Positions 25,250 to 36,955 of a stretch of DNA of 64,000 bases are shown here, in pieces. Source of the DNA: Escherichia coli (GTDB lineage Bacteria; Pseudomonadota; Gammaproteobacteria; Enterobacterales; Enterobacteriaceae); NCBI RefSeq assembly GCF_001677475.2, contig NZ_CP015229.1, one strand, 5' to 3'. Under the pieces are notes generated by a model. The model was not told the DNA's origin. It saw only the letters and a program-made list of their open reading frames with translations, and did not search any database. Made by a program: the position numbers and the translations under genes. The first letter of the stretch is position 1. Each line of letters starts with the position of its first letter.

Positions 25250-26017
25250 TTACCCCTGTTTTCTCAGGCGAGTTTCAGATTCACCACGCTGCATCACCCG
25301 TTGCAACACTTCCGCTTCCAGCTCCGCTAATCGCACCGACCCTAACCGGCGCGGACGGGGGATATCCACCGTCAAATCCAGACCAATTTTTCCCTCTTCA
25401 ATTAACAACACCCGGTCAGCCATTGCCACCGCTTCGCTGACATCATGCGTCACCAACAGTACGGTAAAGCCGTGCTCCTGCCAAAGTGACACAATCAAAT
25501 CCTGCATCTCGAGTCGCGTTAAGGCGTCCAGCGCCCCGAGCGGTTCATCAAGCAACAATAAACCCGGTCGATGAATCAACGCTCTTGCCAGCGCCACTCG
25601 CTGTTTCTGCCCGCCTGAAAGTGCGGCAGGCCATTCCCCTGCGCGATTCTCCAGTCCTACTGCAGCCAACGCCCGACGCGCGGCATCGCGCCACTGGCCT
25701 TTAAGGCCTAACCCAACGTTATCAATCACCGATTTCCACGGCAGCAGACGCGCATCCTGAAACATCATTCGCGTGTCTTCCTGAATTTCAGCCAGCGGTG
25801 TGGTGCCCGCTAACACATCGCCAGCGGTTGGCGTTTCCAGACCTGCCAGCAGGCGCAGCAGGGTACTTTTGCCACCACCGCTGCGGCCCACCACCGCCAC
25901 AAACTGACCAGCCGGAATATGTAAATCCAGTTGGTTCAGGACGATATTTTCCGCGTAATGTTTGCTTACTGCATTGAGCAACAATGGTGTGCCCTGGTTC
26001 AGACGAGCAGTATTCAT
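25250..26017 (-). CDS. ssuB: Aliphatic sulfonate ABC transporter ATP-binding protein
   Basis: 255 aa; Walker [10 protein letters not shown], signature LSGGQKQR. Confidence 0.9.
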
Positions 26018-26808
26018 ACAGTGGCCTCCTTCAAATGATAAGCCGGGTTCCAGCGCAACCAGAGGCGCTCTAACAGCTGTGCGCTGACGTCAGCCAGTTT
26101 GCCGAGCAGGGCGTAAAGAATAATGGCGACCACCACCACGTCCGTTTGCAAAAACTCCCGCGCATTCATCGCCAGATAACCAATGCCTGAATTGGCAGAA
26201 ATGGTTTCGGCAACAATCAGCGTCAGCCACATCAGGCCCAACGCAAAACGCACGCCGACCATAATTGAGGGCAGGGCGCCAGGCAGGATCACATGGATAA
26301 ACAGCGGTATGCCGGATAATCCATAGCTACGCGCCATCTCCACCAGCCCGCGATCGATATTACGGATGCCATGCCAGGTGTTGATATAAATGGGGAATAG
26401 CGTACCGAGTGCGACCAGAAAGATTTTTGCGGATTCATCAATGCCAAACCACAAAATCACCAGCGGGATCAGCGCCAGATGCGGCACGTTGCGCAACATC
26501 TGAATTGAGGTATCCAGCAGCCGTTCTCCCCAGCGCGACAGCCCGCTAATCAGTCCCAGAATCAAGCCCAGCGATCCGCCAATTGAAAAGCCAATGAGCG
26601 CCCGCCAGGAGCTGATCGCCAGATGCTGCCACAATTCGCCGCTGGCGGAGAGCGTCCAGAACGCCATCACTACCCCTTCCGGTGAGGGCAAAATACGCGT
26701 CGACAGCCAGCCAACTGAGGAGGCCAGTTGCCACACCGCCACGATGCCCACCGGTAAAAACCAGGGGGCAACGCGCAATAACCACTTTTTCACTGGCGTT
26801 GCCATCAT
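26014..26808 (-). CDS. ssuC: Aliphatic sulfonate ABC transporter permease
   Basis: Multi-span hydrophobic protein; overlaps ssuB start by 4 nt. Confidence 0.85.
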
Positions 26809-26816
26809 TTTGTTCC

Positions 26817-27962
26817 TTAGCTTTGCGCGACTTTACGGGGGATAAAATCATTTGCCACCGCTTCGCCTTGCGGATTCAGCGGCTGCGGCTGGGGAATTTC
26901 CGGGATGGCGACATCCAGATGCGGGAACAGCAATTCGCCAACCCGATACGCTTCTTCCAGATGCGGGTAGCCCGAAAGCACAAAACTGTCGATGCCAAGT
27001 GCAGCGTATTCGTTGATTCGCGCGGCGACCGTCGGACCATCGCCCACCAGCGCCGTCCCGGCACCGCCGCGGACTAAGCCAACGCCCGCCCATAAATTGG
27101 GGCTGATCTCCAGATTGTCGCGCTTGCCGTTATGTAACGCCGCCATCCGCTGTTGTCCTACGGAATCCGTCCGGGCGAATGCGGCCTGTGCTTTGGCGAT
27201 AGTCTCATCATCAAGATGCGAGATTAACCGCTCGGCGGCCTGCCACGCTTCGTCGCTGGTTTCACGAACAATCACATGCAGACGAATACCGAAACGAATT
27301 TTGCGTCCATGCGCGGCAGCTTTCGCCCGCACTTGTTCGATTTTCTCTTTAACCAGTTCCGGCGGTTCGCCCCAGGTAAGGTAGAGATCTACTTGTTCTG
27401 CCGCCAGCTCCTGCGCGACATCTGACGATCCGCCAAAGTAAAGTGGCGGATACGGCTGTTGAATCGCCGGGAAGAGCAGTTTTGCTCCGCGCACATGAAT
27501 ATGTTTACCGTTGAAATCGACGGTTTCTCCCTGCAATAAACGTCGCCAGACCTGGGTAAATTCTGCCGAGGCTTCGTAGCGCTCGCTATGGTCGAGGAAC
27601 ACGCCGTCGCCTGCCAGCTCTTGTGGATCGCTGCCTGTGACCAGGTTAAACAACGCACGTCCATTTGAGAGACGGTCAAGCGTGGCGGCCTGGCGGGCGG
27701 CAACGGTAGGTGAGGTTACGCTGGGACGCAGGGCGACAAGAAACTTCAGCCGCTGCGTCACCGGGATCATCGACGCCGCCACCAGCCACGCATCTTCACA
27801 CGATCGCCCTGTTGGGATCAGCACACCGGTATAGCCCAGACGATCCGCCGCTTGCGCAATTTGTTGCAGATAACCGTGATCAACCGGACGTGAACCTTCT
27901 TCCGTTCCCAGATAGTGCCCGTCACCGTGGGTCGGTAAAAACCAGAACATATTCAGGCTCAT
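26817..27962 (-). CDS. ssuD: FMNH2-dependent alkanesulfonate monooxygenase
   Basis: 381 aa; N-terminus [20 protein letters not shown] typical of luciferase-like monooxygenases. Confidence 0.9.
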   Translation of the reverse strand: MSLNMFWFLPTHGDGHYLGTEEGSRPVDHGYLQQIAQAADRLGYTGVLIPTGRSCEDAWLVAASMIPVTQRLKFLVALRPSVTSPTVAARQAATLDRLSNGRALFNLVTGSDPQELAGDGVFLDHSERYEASAEFTQVWRRLLQGETVDFNGKHIHVRGAKLLFPAIQQPYPPLYFGGSSDVAQELAAEQVDLYLTWGEPPELVKEKIEQVRAKAAAHGRKIRFGIRLHVIVRETSDEAWQAAERLISHLDDETIAKAQAAFARTDSVGQQRMAALHNGKRDNLEISPNLWAGVGLVRGGAGTALVGDGPTVAARINEYAALGIDSFVLSGYPHLEEAYRVGELLFPHLDVAIPEIPQPQPLNPQGEAVANDFIPRKVAQS

Positions 27963-28918
27963 AATTGTTTTCCTTCCAGTTGAGTGGGCTGCCAGATGCG
28001 CTGGCGAATATCGACTTTTTTCGGCACCAGACGATTTTCATAAAACAGATCTGCCGTTTGCTGCTGTAAGGCGGCAACTTCGGCGTTAACCGGTTTGATG
28101 GTAGTAGGAGGGCGATGATCTAAATAAGAGGCAATCACCGGGGCCGGTAAGCCCATCGTTTTTGCCAGTAAAGCGATGCTTTGCTCGCGCTGGCTGCGGG
28201 TTAACGCATCGGCCTCACTAAAGGTTGCCAGTACGCCCTGAATAAAAGCGCCGTTTTTTTCTGCATACGGACGGGCAGCCAGATAAAACGATCCGGTCTG
28301 ATTGAGATCGGTGCCGTCTTTTAGCACCCGCACGCCGCCCTGTAATAATGCAGCGGAGTAGTAGGGATCCCAGATAGCCCATGCGTCGACGTTACCTTGC
28401 TGGAACGCGGCGCGGGCATCAGCGGGTGTCAGGTAAGTGGGTTGTATATCGGTAAACTTAAGCCCGGCCTGGCGTAGTGCGCGTAGTAAAAGATTGTGCG
28501 AACTGGAACCTTTCTGAAAGGCAACTTTGTGACCTTTAAGATCGGCTACGGTTTTGATCGGGCTGTTTTCTGCCACCAGAATCACTTCGGCTTTGGGCTT
28601 CGGCGGCTCGACGCCCACATATACCAAATCAGCCCCGGCAGCCTGGGCAAAGATTGGCGGAATATCTCCGGTACTGCCGAGATCAATACTGCCAACGTTT
28701 AACGCCTCCAGCATCTGTGGGCCAGCGGGGAACTCCACCCAGGAGATTTTGGTTTGCGGATAGCGTTTTTCCAGTAACTGGTGGCTTTTTGCCAGCACCA
28801 TACCAATACTGCCTTTCTGATAGCCTATACGTAACGCTTCAGGAGAGGATTCTGCAGCAACCGCAATCGTAGAGACGCTAAGTAATCCCGCCAGCGCCAG
28901 TTGAATGATGTTACGCAT
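27959..28918 (-). CDS. ssuA: Aliphatic sulfonate-binding periplasmic protein
   Basis: ATG at 28918 ([15 protein letters not shown] signal peptide); track ORF extends further from an upstream in-frame start. Confidence 0.85.
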   Translation of the reverse strand: MRNIIQLALAGLLSVSTIAVAAESSPEALRIGYQKGSIGMVLAKSHQLLEKRYPQTKISWVEFPAGPQMLEALNVGSIDLGSTGDIPPIFAQAAGADLVYVGVEPPKPKAEVILVAENSPIKTVADLKGHKVAFQKGSSSHNLLLRALRQAGLKFTDIQPTYLTPADARAAFQQGNVDAWAIWDPYYSAALLQGGVRVLKDGTDLNQTGSFYLAARPYAEKNGAFIQGVLATFSEADALTRSQREQSIALLAKTMGLPAPVIASYLDHRPPTTIKPVNAEVAALQQQTADLFYENRLVPKKVDIRQRIWQPTQLEGKQL

Positions 28919-29486
28919 GGGCATTACCTCGCAGAGACAGAAGATCGGGAACCTGAACATCGCGGCGGTGCAGCGCCTGCCAGAAAGTTTCCAGCGCGGT
29001 ATCAAGACGGGTTTGCAGATTTGGCGTGAACTGCGGCTTGTGGTGGTAATCAATCACCTGTGAGTCATCGGCAAACACGCCGTGCAGGATCTCCTGGGCT
29101 TTCAGCGCACTTAAAACTGGCTTAAGGGCATAATCGACCGCCAGCAGATGGGCCACCGTACCGCCCGTCGCCAGCGGTAGCACCACTTTGCCTTGCAACG
29201 CACGTTCTGGCAGCAGGTCGAGCAGGGTTTTCAGCGCACCGGAATAGGCGGCTTTATACACAGGCGTGGCGACAATCAGCCCATCGGCCTGTTGCAGCTG
29301 TTCGGTGAAGGTTTTGAGTGCCGGACTATCGAAACGAGCATAAAGTAGATCTTCCGGGGCGAAGTTTTGCAGATTCCAGTGATAAACCTCTACATCCAGG
29401 CCATTTAGTTTTTCCCGCGCATATTCCAGCAAGGAGCTGGAACGAGAAGGAAAGCGAGGACTACCCGCCAGGGTGATGACACGCAT
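28911..29486 (-). CDS. ssuE: NAD(P)H-dependent FMN reductase
   Basis: 191 aa; first gene of the ssuEADCB operon; overlaps ssuA start. Confidence 0.85.
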   Translation of the reverse strand: MRVITLAGSPRFPSRSSSLLEYAREKLNGLDVEVYHWNLQNFAPEDLLYARFDSPALKTFTEQLQQADGLIVATPVYKAAYSGALKTLLDLLPERALQGKVVLPLATGGTVAHLLAVDYALKPVLSALKAQEILHGVFADDSQVIDYHHKPQFTPNLQTRLDTALETFWQALHRRDVQVPDLLSLRGNAHA

Positions 29487-29687
29487 ACTCTCTCCTTATA
29501 ACCAATTGTTCTTGTTTTGTTAACATTGATAACAATTCGGTCAGTCTGACAGAGGGCGTCCGCGAGTCGAAATGATTTATCTGAGGAAGAAAAGCCAAAA
29601 AAAGCATAAAAAAAGCGCAATAAGAAAACGTTTGCTATTTATTGCCACAGGTCAATTCCCTTTTGGTCCGAACTCGCACATAATACG

Positions 29688-29722
29688 CCCCCGGTTTGCA
29701 CACCGGGAATCCAGGAGAGTTC
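29688..29722 (+). promoter_or_regulatory. pyrD leader hairpin and Shine-Dalgarno
   Basis: cccgg-tttgcaca-ccggg hairpin immediately 5' of AGGAG SD and pyrD ATG; pyrimidine-dependent leader control is a recalled mechanism, not shown by the sequence. Confidence 0.5.
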
Positions 29723-30733
29723 ATGTACTACCCCTTCGTTCGTAAAGCCCTTTTCCAGCTCGATCCAGAGCGCGCTCATGAGTTTACTTTTCAGCAATTA
29801 CGCCGCATTACCGGAACACCGTTTGAAGCACTGGTGCGGCAGAAAGTGCCTGCGAAACCTGTTAACTGCATGGGCCTGACGTTTAAAAATCCGCTTGGTC
29901 TGGCAGCCGGTCTTGATAAAGACGGGGAGTGCATTGATGCGTTAGGTGCGATGGGATTTGGATCGATCGAGATCGGTACCGTCACGCCACGTCCACAGCC
30001 TGGTAATGACAAGCCGCGTCTCTTTCGTCTGGTAGATGCCGAAGGTTTGATCAACCGTATGGGCTTTAATAATCTTGGCGTTGATAACCTCGTAGAGAAC
30101 GTAAAAAAGGCCCATTATGACGGCGTCCTGGGTATTAACATCGGCAAAAATAAAGATACGCCAGTGGAGCAGGGCAAAGATGACTATCTGATTTGTATGG
30201 AAAAAATCTATGCCTATGCGGGATATATCGCTATCAATATTTCATCGCCAAATACCCCAGGATTACGCACTCTGCAATATGGTGAAGCGCTGGATGATCT
30301 CTTAACTGCGATTAAAAATAAGCAAAATGATTTGCAAGCGATGCACCATAAATATGTGCCGATCGCAGTGAAGATCGCGCCGGATCTTTCTGAAGAAGAA
30401 TTGATCCAGGTTGCCGATAGTTTAGTTCGCCATAATATTGATGGCGTTATTGCAACCAATACCACACTCGATCGTTCTCTGGTTCAGGGAATGAAAAATT
30501 GCGATCAAACCGGTGGCTTAAGTGGTCGTCCGCTTCAGTTAAAAAGCACCGAAATTATTCGCCGCTTGTCACTGGAATTAAACGGTCGCTTACCGATCAT
30601 CGGTGTTGGCGGCATCGACTCGGTTATCGCTGCGCGTGAAAAGATTGCTGCGGGTGCCTCACTGGTGCAAATTTATTCTGGTTTTATTTTTAAAGGTCCG
30701 CCGCTGATTAAAGAAATCGTTACCCATATCTAA
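29723..30733 (+). CDS. pyrD: Dihydroorotate dehydrogenase (quinone)
   Basis: ATG at 29723 ([21 protein letters not shown]), 336 aa. Confidence 0.9.
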
Positions 30734-30765
30734 TTATTTCTTCGAATTCCTCTTTATAAGATAAT

Positions 30766-30798
30766 CAGGGCTTTATTTTCAGCCCTGGTTGTTTTATA
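30766..30798 (+). terminator. Rho-independent terminator after pyrD
   Basis: cagggct-loop-agccctg followed by T-rich run. Confidence 0.6.
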
Positions 30799-30906
30799 TT
30801 CATCGCTGTTGCTTATTTAGACATTTTGTACTTTTATTGTTGAGGTTATTAAGCGAAGCGACAATGGATTGTGTTGCTGCGGTTTTATAGGGTAGGGGAG
30901 AGGCAG

Positions 30907-31449
30907 ATGCGAATTAAACCAGACGATAACTGGCGTTGGTATTACGATGAAGAGCACGATCGAATGATGCTCGATTTAGCCAATGGTATGCTATTTCGCT
31001 CACGTTTTGCGCGCAAAATGTTGACTCCAGATGCCTTTTCTCCCGCAGGCTTTTGCGTTGACGACGCCGCGCTCTATTTCTCATTTGAAGAAAAATGCCG
31101 CGATTTTAATTTATCTAAAGAACAAAAAGCCGAACTGGTGCTTAATGCGCTGGTAGCAATTCGTTATCTCAAACCGCAAATGCCGAAAAGCTGGCATTTT
31201 GTTTCCCATGGTGAAATGTGGGTGCCCATGCCGGGCGATGCGGCCTGCGTTTGGTTGAGCGACACTCACGAGCAAGTCAATTTGCTGGTCGTTGAATCTG
31301 GCGAAAATGCCGCACTATGCCTGCTGGCACAACCCTGCGTTGTTATTGCGGGTCGCGCGATGCAGATGGGCGACGCCATCAAAATCATGAACGACAGGCT
31401 GAAACCGCAGGTTAATGTTGACAGCTTCAGCCTCGAACAGGCAGTCTAA
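30907..31449 (+). CDS. zapC: Cell division protein ZapC
   Basis: ATG at 30907 ([24 protein letters not shown]), 180 aa. Confidence 0.8.
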   Translation: MRIKPDDNWRWYYDEEHDRMMLDLANGMLFRSRFARKMLTPDAFSPAGFCVDDAALYFSFEEKCRDFNLSKEQKAELVLNALVAIRYLKPQMPKSWHFVSHGEMWVPMPGDAACVWLSDTHEQVNLLVVESGENAALCLLAQPCVVIAGRAMQMGDAIKIMNDRLKPQVNVDSFSLEQAV

Positions 31450-32555
31450 CGTGCCAACTTAAGTGCAGTCTTCGGTACACAGCTACAGCAAAGAATGGTG
31501 CCATCATCGCCCATTGCTGATTTTTTCAGCGGCGTGACTTCGCCTTCTAAAAGCTGAACACGGCAACTTCCACAAATGCCCGCGCGGCAAGAATAAGGGA
31601 TACGAATTCCCTGATTTTCTAATTGCTCCAGCAACACTTGTTGGTTATTTCCACGAAATGCCCGTCCCTGCCAGTCAATATCTACATTTGCGTCCGATTG
31701 TTGCGTGATGTTGGCGGTATCATCAGCGGCAGTTGCGCCGTAAACTTTCGCCGGAGCCGTTGCCAGAATTTCCACCTCATCGCCAACGCGAATCACGCCG
31801 CTATTACGGGCAATTAAATTCTGACCAAAATCGACATCGCCGTTATTCTGGGCAGTGCGGAAAGATTGCAATGTTTTTAATGGTTCGCCTGCCGGATGTT
31901 TTTGCCCTTTTTCTGGGCTGACGGTGGTGAAAATACAGCGGCTACAAGGTTTAACCACATCAAACACCACATCACCAATGCGAATCACTTTCCAGCGATC
32001 TTCTTCCCAGGCGGACGCGCCGGAAACCACCAGATTGGGGCGGAATTGCTCCATTTTTACACTGGCCGGACAACGTTGTTGGAGATCACGTAACGAGGCT
32101 TCGTTAGCAAGAAGGTAAGGATAGCCATCAGCAAATGACAGGGGTACAGTGTTGTGGCGTTTCACGCGCCGCGTCATTTGTGGCCCCACCCAGCGCAACT
32201 GCACTTCGCGGGAGAAAAATCCACTTAGCCATTTGTTGATCGCGTCTGGCGCAATTCGCGCGGTAAAATGTGTGCCCCAAACTTCGGTTGGTGCGTCTTG
32301 TGTGGCGAAATCAGCAAAACGAACATATGCGCTACTGCCATCTGGTGCGGTGAGATGCAAGCCATCATGCACAGGTGAAGGAGTAAACCGTACCATCTGG
32401 GGAAACTGGCGAGCGGTAATAAACGTACCGTCAGGTTCCGTGATCATAAAGATGCGATCGAAGGCCAGACCACTGACATCTGCCAGGGCATGTGTAAGAC
32501 CAATGCCGCGCATCGATTTAACAGGATGAATAAAAAGCCGGGTTAATGTCGCCAC
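31446..32555 (-). CDS. ycbX: MOSC-domain protein with C-terminal 2Fe-2S ferredoxin domain (YcbX)
   Basis: 369 aa; C-terminal cysteine cluster CRAGICGSC; convergent with zapC, stop codons overlap. Confidence 0.8.
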   Translation of the reverse strand: MATLTRLFIHPVKSMRGIGLTHALADVSGLAFDRIFMITEPDGTFITARQFPQMVRFTPSPVHDGLHLTAPDGSSAYVRFADFATQDAPTEVWGTHFTARIAPDAINKWLSGFFSREVQLRWVGPQMTRRVKRHNTVPLSFADGYPYLLANEASLRDLQQRCPASVKMEQFRPNLVVSGASAWEEDRWKVIRIGDVVFDVVKPCSRCIFTTVSPEKGQKHPAGEPLKTLQSFRTAQNNGDVDFGQNLIARNSGVIRVGDEVEILATAPAKVYGATAADDTANITQQSDANVDIDWQGRAFRGNNQQVLLEQLENQGIRIPYSCRAGICGSCRVQLLEGEVTPLKKSAMGDDGTILCCSCVPKTALKLAR

Positions 32556-32798
32556 GGTGCGGTCCTCAAATGAAAATAAGCCCTCAACTTTATGACATGA
32601 CGCGCTTATTAGCTATAATGCGCAACAATTTTCTTAGCGCCTGTCCCATTAGGCTATTTTATTTGTCAGTTTGGCCCAGGGAAGTGCTCGAAATCCTCAC
32701 GTACTTGTGTACGCTCCGGTTTCTCCGCGCTGTCCATGTCCAGACTGACTGCAACAATTACGCCTACTGCGGTAGGCTCTTAGAGTAAAAGTGACGAT

Positions 32799-34907
32799 AT
32801 GAATTCTCTGTTTGCCAGTACGGCCCGTGGGCTGGAAGAGCTGTTAAAAACTGAACTGGAAAACCTGGGGGCCGTTGAATGCCAGGTGGTTCAGGGTGGG
32901 GTCCATTTCAAGGGCGACACACGGCTTGTTTACCAGAGCCTGATGTGGAGCCGCCTGGCCTCGCGTATTATGTTGCCGCTGGGCGAGTGTAAGGTTTACA
33001 GCGATTTAGACCTCTATCTCGGTGTTCAGGCGATCAACTGGACAGAGATGTTTAATCCTGGCGCGACCTTCGCTGTCCACTTCAGTGGTTTGAATGACAC
33101 CATCCGCAACAGTCAGTACGGTGCGATGAAAGTGAAAGACGCGATTGTCGATGCTTTCACGCGGAAAAATCTGCCGCGTCCAAATGTTGATCGCGATGCG
33201 CCGGATATCCGCGTTAACGTCTGGCTGCATAAAGAAACTGCCAGTATCGCCCTTGATCTCAGTGGTGATGGTTTACATCTGCGTGGCTATCGCGATCGTG
33301 CTGGTATTGCGCCGATCAAAGAAACCCTGGCAGCCGCGATTGTTATGCGATCCGGCTGGCAGCCAGGAACACCGCTGCTCGATCCGATGTGTGGTTCCGG
33401 TACGTTGCTGATTGAAGCGGCGATGCTGGCGACCGATCGCGCACCAGGCTTGCACCGTGGGCGTTGGGGCTTTAGCGGCTGGGCGCAGCATGATGAAGCT
33501 ATCTGGCAGGAAGTGAAAGCGGAAGCGCAAACTCGCGCCCGCAAAGGCCTGGCTGAGTATAGCTCTCATTTTTACGGTTCGGACAGCGACGCACGGGTGA
33601 TTCAACGTGCGCGCACTAACGCCCGTCTTGCGGGGATTGGTGAACTGATCACCTTTGAGGTGAAAGATGTCGCGCAACTGACCAATCCGCTGCCGAAAGG
33701 GCCGTACGGTACAGTGTTGAGTAACCCGCCATACGGTGAACGTCTGGACAGCGAACCGGCGCTGATTGCGCTGCATAGTCTGCTGGGCCGAATCATGAAA
33801 AACCAGTTCGGTGGCTGGAATCTCTCTTTGTTTAGTGCCTCGCCGGATCTGCTCAGCTGCCTGCAGCTGCGTGCAGACAAACAGTACAAGGCGAAAAACG
33901 GCCCGCTGGACTGCGTACAGAAAAATTACCACGTTGCCGAAAGCACACCAGACAGCAAACCGGCAATGGTAGCGGAAGACTACGCCAACCGCCTGCGTAA
34001 GAACCTCAAAAAATTCGAGAAGTGGGCTCGCCAGGAAGGGATTGAATGTTACCGCCTGTATGACGCCGATCTGCCGGAATATAATGTTGCCGTTGACCGT
34101 TATGCCGACTGGGTGGTGGTGCAGGAGTATGCGCCGCCAAAAACTATTGATGCGCACAAAGCGCGTCAGCGTCTGTTCGATATTATCGCTGCAACCATTT
34201 CGGTACTGGGGATTGCGCCAAACAAACTGGTACTGAAAACCCGCGAACGCCAGAAGGGCAAAAACCAGTACCAGAAACTGGGCGAGAAGGGCGAGTTTCT
34301 TGAAGTTACCGAATATAACGCTCACTTGTGGGTGAACCTGACGGATTATCTCGATACTGGTCTGTTCCTCGATCACCGTATCGCCCGCCGTATGCTCGGT
34401 CAGATGAGCAAAGGCAAAGATTTCCTCAACCTGTTCTCTTATACCGGCAGTGCCACCGTGCATGCGGGATTAGGCGGTGCACGCAGCACCACCACCGTGG
34501 ATATGTCACGTACTTATCTGGAGTGGGCAGAACGCAACCTGCGTCTGAATGGCCTAACCGGGCGTGCGCATCGCCTGATTCAGGCCGATTGCCTGGCGTG
34601 GCTGCGTGAGGCAAATGAACAGTTCGATCTGATCTTTATCGATCCGCCAACCTTCTCTAACTCAAAACGAATGGAAGATGCGTTTGATGTTCAGCGCGAT
34701 CATCTGGCGCTGATGAAAGATTTGAAACGTCTGCTGCGTGCAGGCGGGACGATCATGTTCTCGAACAACAAACGTGGCTTCCGTATGGATCTCGACGGCC
34801 TGGCAAAACTGGGACTGAAAGCACAAGAAATTACGCAAAAAACGCTCTCCCAGGATTTCGCCCGTAACCGCCAGATCCACAACTGCTGGCTGATTACCGC
34901 AGCCTGA
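32799..34907 (+). CDS. rlmL: Bifunctional 23S rRNA methyltransferase RlmKL
   Basis: 702 aa; two SAM-MTase motifs (DPMCGSGT and later IDPPTF). Confidence 0.9.
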   Translation: MNSLFASTARGLEELLKTELENLGAVECQVVQGGVHFKGDTRLVYQSLMWSRLASRIMLPLGECKVYSDLDLYLGVQAINWTEMFNPGATFAVHFSGLNDTIRNSQYGAMKVKDAIVDAFTRKNLPRPNVDRDAPDIRVNVWLHKETASIALDLSGDGLHLRGYRDRAGIAPIKETLAAAIVMRSGWQPGTPLLDPMCGSGTLLIEAAMLATDRAPGLHRGRWGFSGWAQHDEAIWQEVKAEAQTRARKGLAEYSSHFYGSDSDARVIQRARTNARLAGIGELITFEVKDVAQLTNPLPKGPYGTVLSNPPYGERLDSEPALIALHSLLGRIMKNQFGGWNLSLFSASPDLLSCLQLRADKQYKAKNGPLDCVQKNYHVAESTPDSKPAMVAEDYANRLRKNLKKFEKWARQEGIECYRLYDADLPEYNVAVDRYADWVVVQEYAPPKTIDAHKARQRLFDIIAATISVLGIAPNKLVLKTRERQKGKNQYQKLGEKGEFLEVTEYNAHLWVNLTDYLDTGLFLDHRIARRMLGQMSKGKDFLNLFSYTGSATVHAGLGGARSTTTVDMSRTYLEWAERNLRLNGLTGRAHRLIQADCLAWLREANEQFDLIFIDPPTFSNSKRMEDAFDVQRDHLALMKDLKRLLRAGGTIMFSNNKRGFRMDLDGLAKLGLKAQEITQKTLSQDFARNRQIHNCWLITAA

Positions 34908-34918
34908 AAGGAATAGTA

Positions 34919-36826
34919 ATGTCATTAATCAGTATGCATGGCGCATGGCTGTCGTTCAGCGACGCGCCGCTTCTCGATAACGCAGAACTGCATATCGAAG
35001 ATAACGAACGTGTTTGTCTGGTGGGCCGCAACGGCGCAGGCAAATCGACGTTAATGAAAATCCTCAACCGTGAACAAGGGCTGGATGACGGTCGCATTAT
35101 TTACGAGCAAGATTTGATTGTAGCTCGTCTGCAACAGGATCCGCCGCGTAACGTTGAGGGGAGTGTTTATGATTTCGTTGCCGAAGGCATTGAAGAACAA
35201 GCGGAATACCTGAAACGCTATCACGATATTTCGCGCCTGGTGATGAACGACCCGAGCGAGAAAAATCTCAACGAACTGGCGAAGGTTCAGGAACAGCTGG
35301 ATCACCACAACCTGTGGCAGCTGGAAAACCGCATCAACGAAGTGCTGGCGCAACTGGGGTTAGATCCTAACGTTGCGCTGTCGTCGCTTTCCGGCGGCTG
35401 GTTGCGTAAAGCGGCATTAGGACGCGCGCTGGTGAGCAATCCGCGCGTATTGCTGCTCGACGAACCGACTAACCACCTGGATATCGAAACCATCGACTGG
35501 CTGGAAGGATTCCTTAAAACCTTCAATGGGACGATAATTTTCATCTCCCACGACCGTTCGTTTATCCGCAATATGGCGACGCGCATTGTTGATCTCGATC
35601 GCGGCAAGCTTGTGACCTATCCTGGGAATTACGACCAGTACCTGCTGGAAAAAGAAGAAGCCCTGCGCGTGGAAGAACTACAAAATGCCGAGTTCGATCG
35701 CAAACTGGCGCAGGAAGAGGTGTGGATCCGCCAGGGGATCAAAGCACGCCGTACCCGTAATGAAGGCCGCGTACGCGCCCTGAAAGCAATGCGTCGCGAG
35801 CGTGGCGAACGTCGCGAAGTGATGGGTACCGCAAAGATGCAGGTGGAAGAGGCCAGCCGTTCCGGTAAGATCGTTTTCGAAATGGAAGACGTTTGCTACC
35901 AGGTCGACGGTAAGCAACTGGTGAAAGATTTTTCGGCCCAGGTTCTACGTGGCGACAAAATTGCCCTGATTGGTCCGAATGGATGCGGCAAAACCACGCT
36001 GCTGAAACTGATGCTCGGTCAGCTTCAGGCGGACAGCGGGCGTATTCACGTTGGCACCAAACTGGAAGTGGCTTATTTCGATCAGCACCGTGCGGAACTG
36101 GATCCCGATAAAACGGTGATGGATAACCTTGCTGAAGGTAAGCAAGAGGTGATGGTTAACGGCAAGCCACGCCATGTTTTGGGCTATTTGCAGGACTTCC
36201 TGTTCCATCCGAAACGGGCGATGACGCCGGTACGTGCGCTTTCTGGCGGTGAGCGTAACCGCTTGTTGTTGGCGCGTTTGTTCCTCAAACCAAGCAACTT
36301 ATTGATTCTTGACGAACCGACCAACGATCTTGATGTTGAAACGCTGGAACTGCTGGAAGAACTGATCGACAGCTACCAGGGCACGGTATTGCTGGTGAGC
36401 CACGATCGTCAGTTTGTCGATAACACCGTTACAGAATGCTGGATCTTCGAAGGCGGCGGTAAAATTGGTCGTTATGTCGGCGGTTATCATGATGCCCGTG
36501 GTCAGCAAGAACAGTATGTGGCGCTCAAACAGCCTGCGGTGAAAAAAATCGAAGAAGCCGCCGCGCCAAAAGCAGAAACTGTAAAACGCAGCAGTAGCAA
36601 ACTAAGCTATAAATTGCAGCGCGAACTGGAGCAGCTACCGCAATTGCTCGAAGATCTGGAGGCGAAGCTGGAAGCCCTACAGACGCAGGTGGCGGATGCT
36701 TCCTTCTTCAGTCAGCCGCATGAGCAGACACAAAAAGTGCTCGCTGATATGGCTGCTGCAGAGCAGGAGCTGGAGCAAGCCTTTGAACGCTGGGAGTATC
36801 TTGAAGCGTTAAAAAATGGTGGCTGA
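34919..36826 (+). CDS. uup: ABC-F family ATPase Uup
   Basis: 635 aa; two Walker A motifs GRNGAGKST and GPNGCGKTT; C-terminal coiled-coil. Confidence 0.9.
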   Translation: MSLISMHGAWLSFSDAPLLDNAELHIEDNERVCLVGRNGAGKSTLMKILNREQGLDDGRIIYEQDLIVARLQQDPPRNVEGSVYDFVAEGIEEQAEYLKRYHDISRLVMNDPSEKNLNELAKVQEQLDHHNLWQLENRINEVLAQLGLDPNVALSSLSGGWLRKAALGRALVSNPRVLLLDEPTNHLDIETIDWLEGFLKTFNGTIIFISHDRSFIRNMATRIVDLDRGKLVTYPGNYDQYLLEKEEALRVEELQNAEFDRKLAQEEVWIRQGIKARRTRNEGRVRALKAMRRERGERREVMGTAKMQVEEASRSGKIVFEMEDVCYQVDGKQLVKDFSAQVLRGDKIALIGPNGCGKTTLLKLMLGQLQADSGRIHVGTKLEVAYFDQHRAELDPDKTVMDNLAEGKQEVMVNGKPRHVLGYLQDFLFHPKRAMTPVRALSGGERNRLLLARLFLKPSNLLILDEPTNDLDVETLELLEELIDSYQGTVLLVSHDRQFVDNTVTECWIFEGGGKIGRYVGGYHDARGQQEQYVALKQPAVKKIEEAAAPKAETVKRSSSKLSYKLQRELEQLPQLLEDLEAKLEALQTQVADASFFSQPHEQTQKVLADMAAAEQELEQAFERWEYLEALKNGG

Positions 36827-36955
36827 TCGCAAAATAGTCGATTTAAACAGAGACAGCTGACAACGGTAAAATTGCCTGATGAATTGGGTTTATCAGGCAT
36901 GAAAACCAACACTTTGTTCGTCATCTGTAAAATAGCGCATCATTAAGGAGTACCA

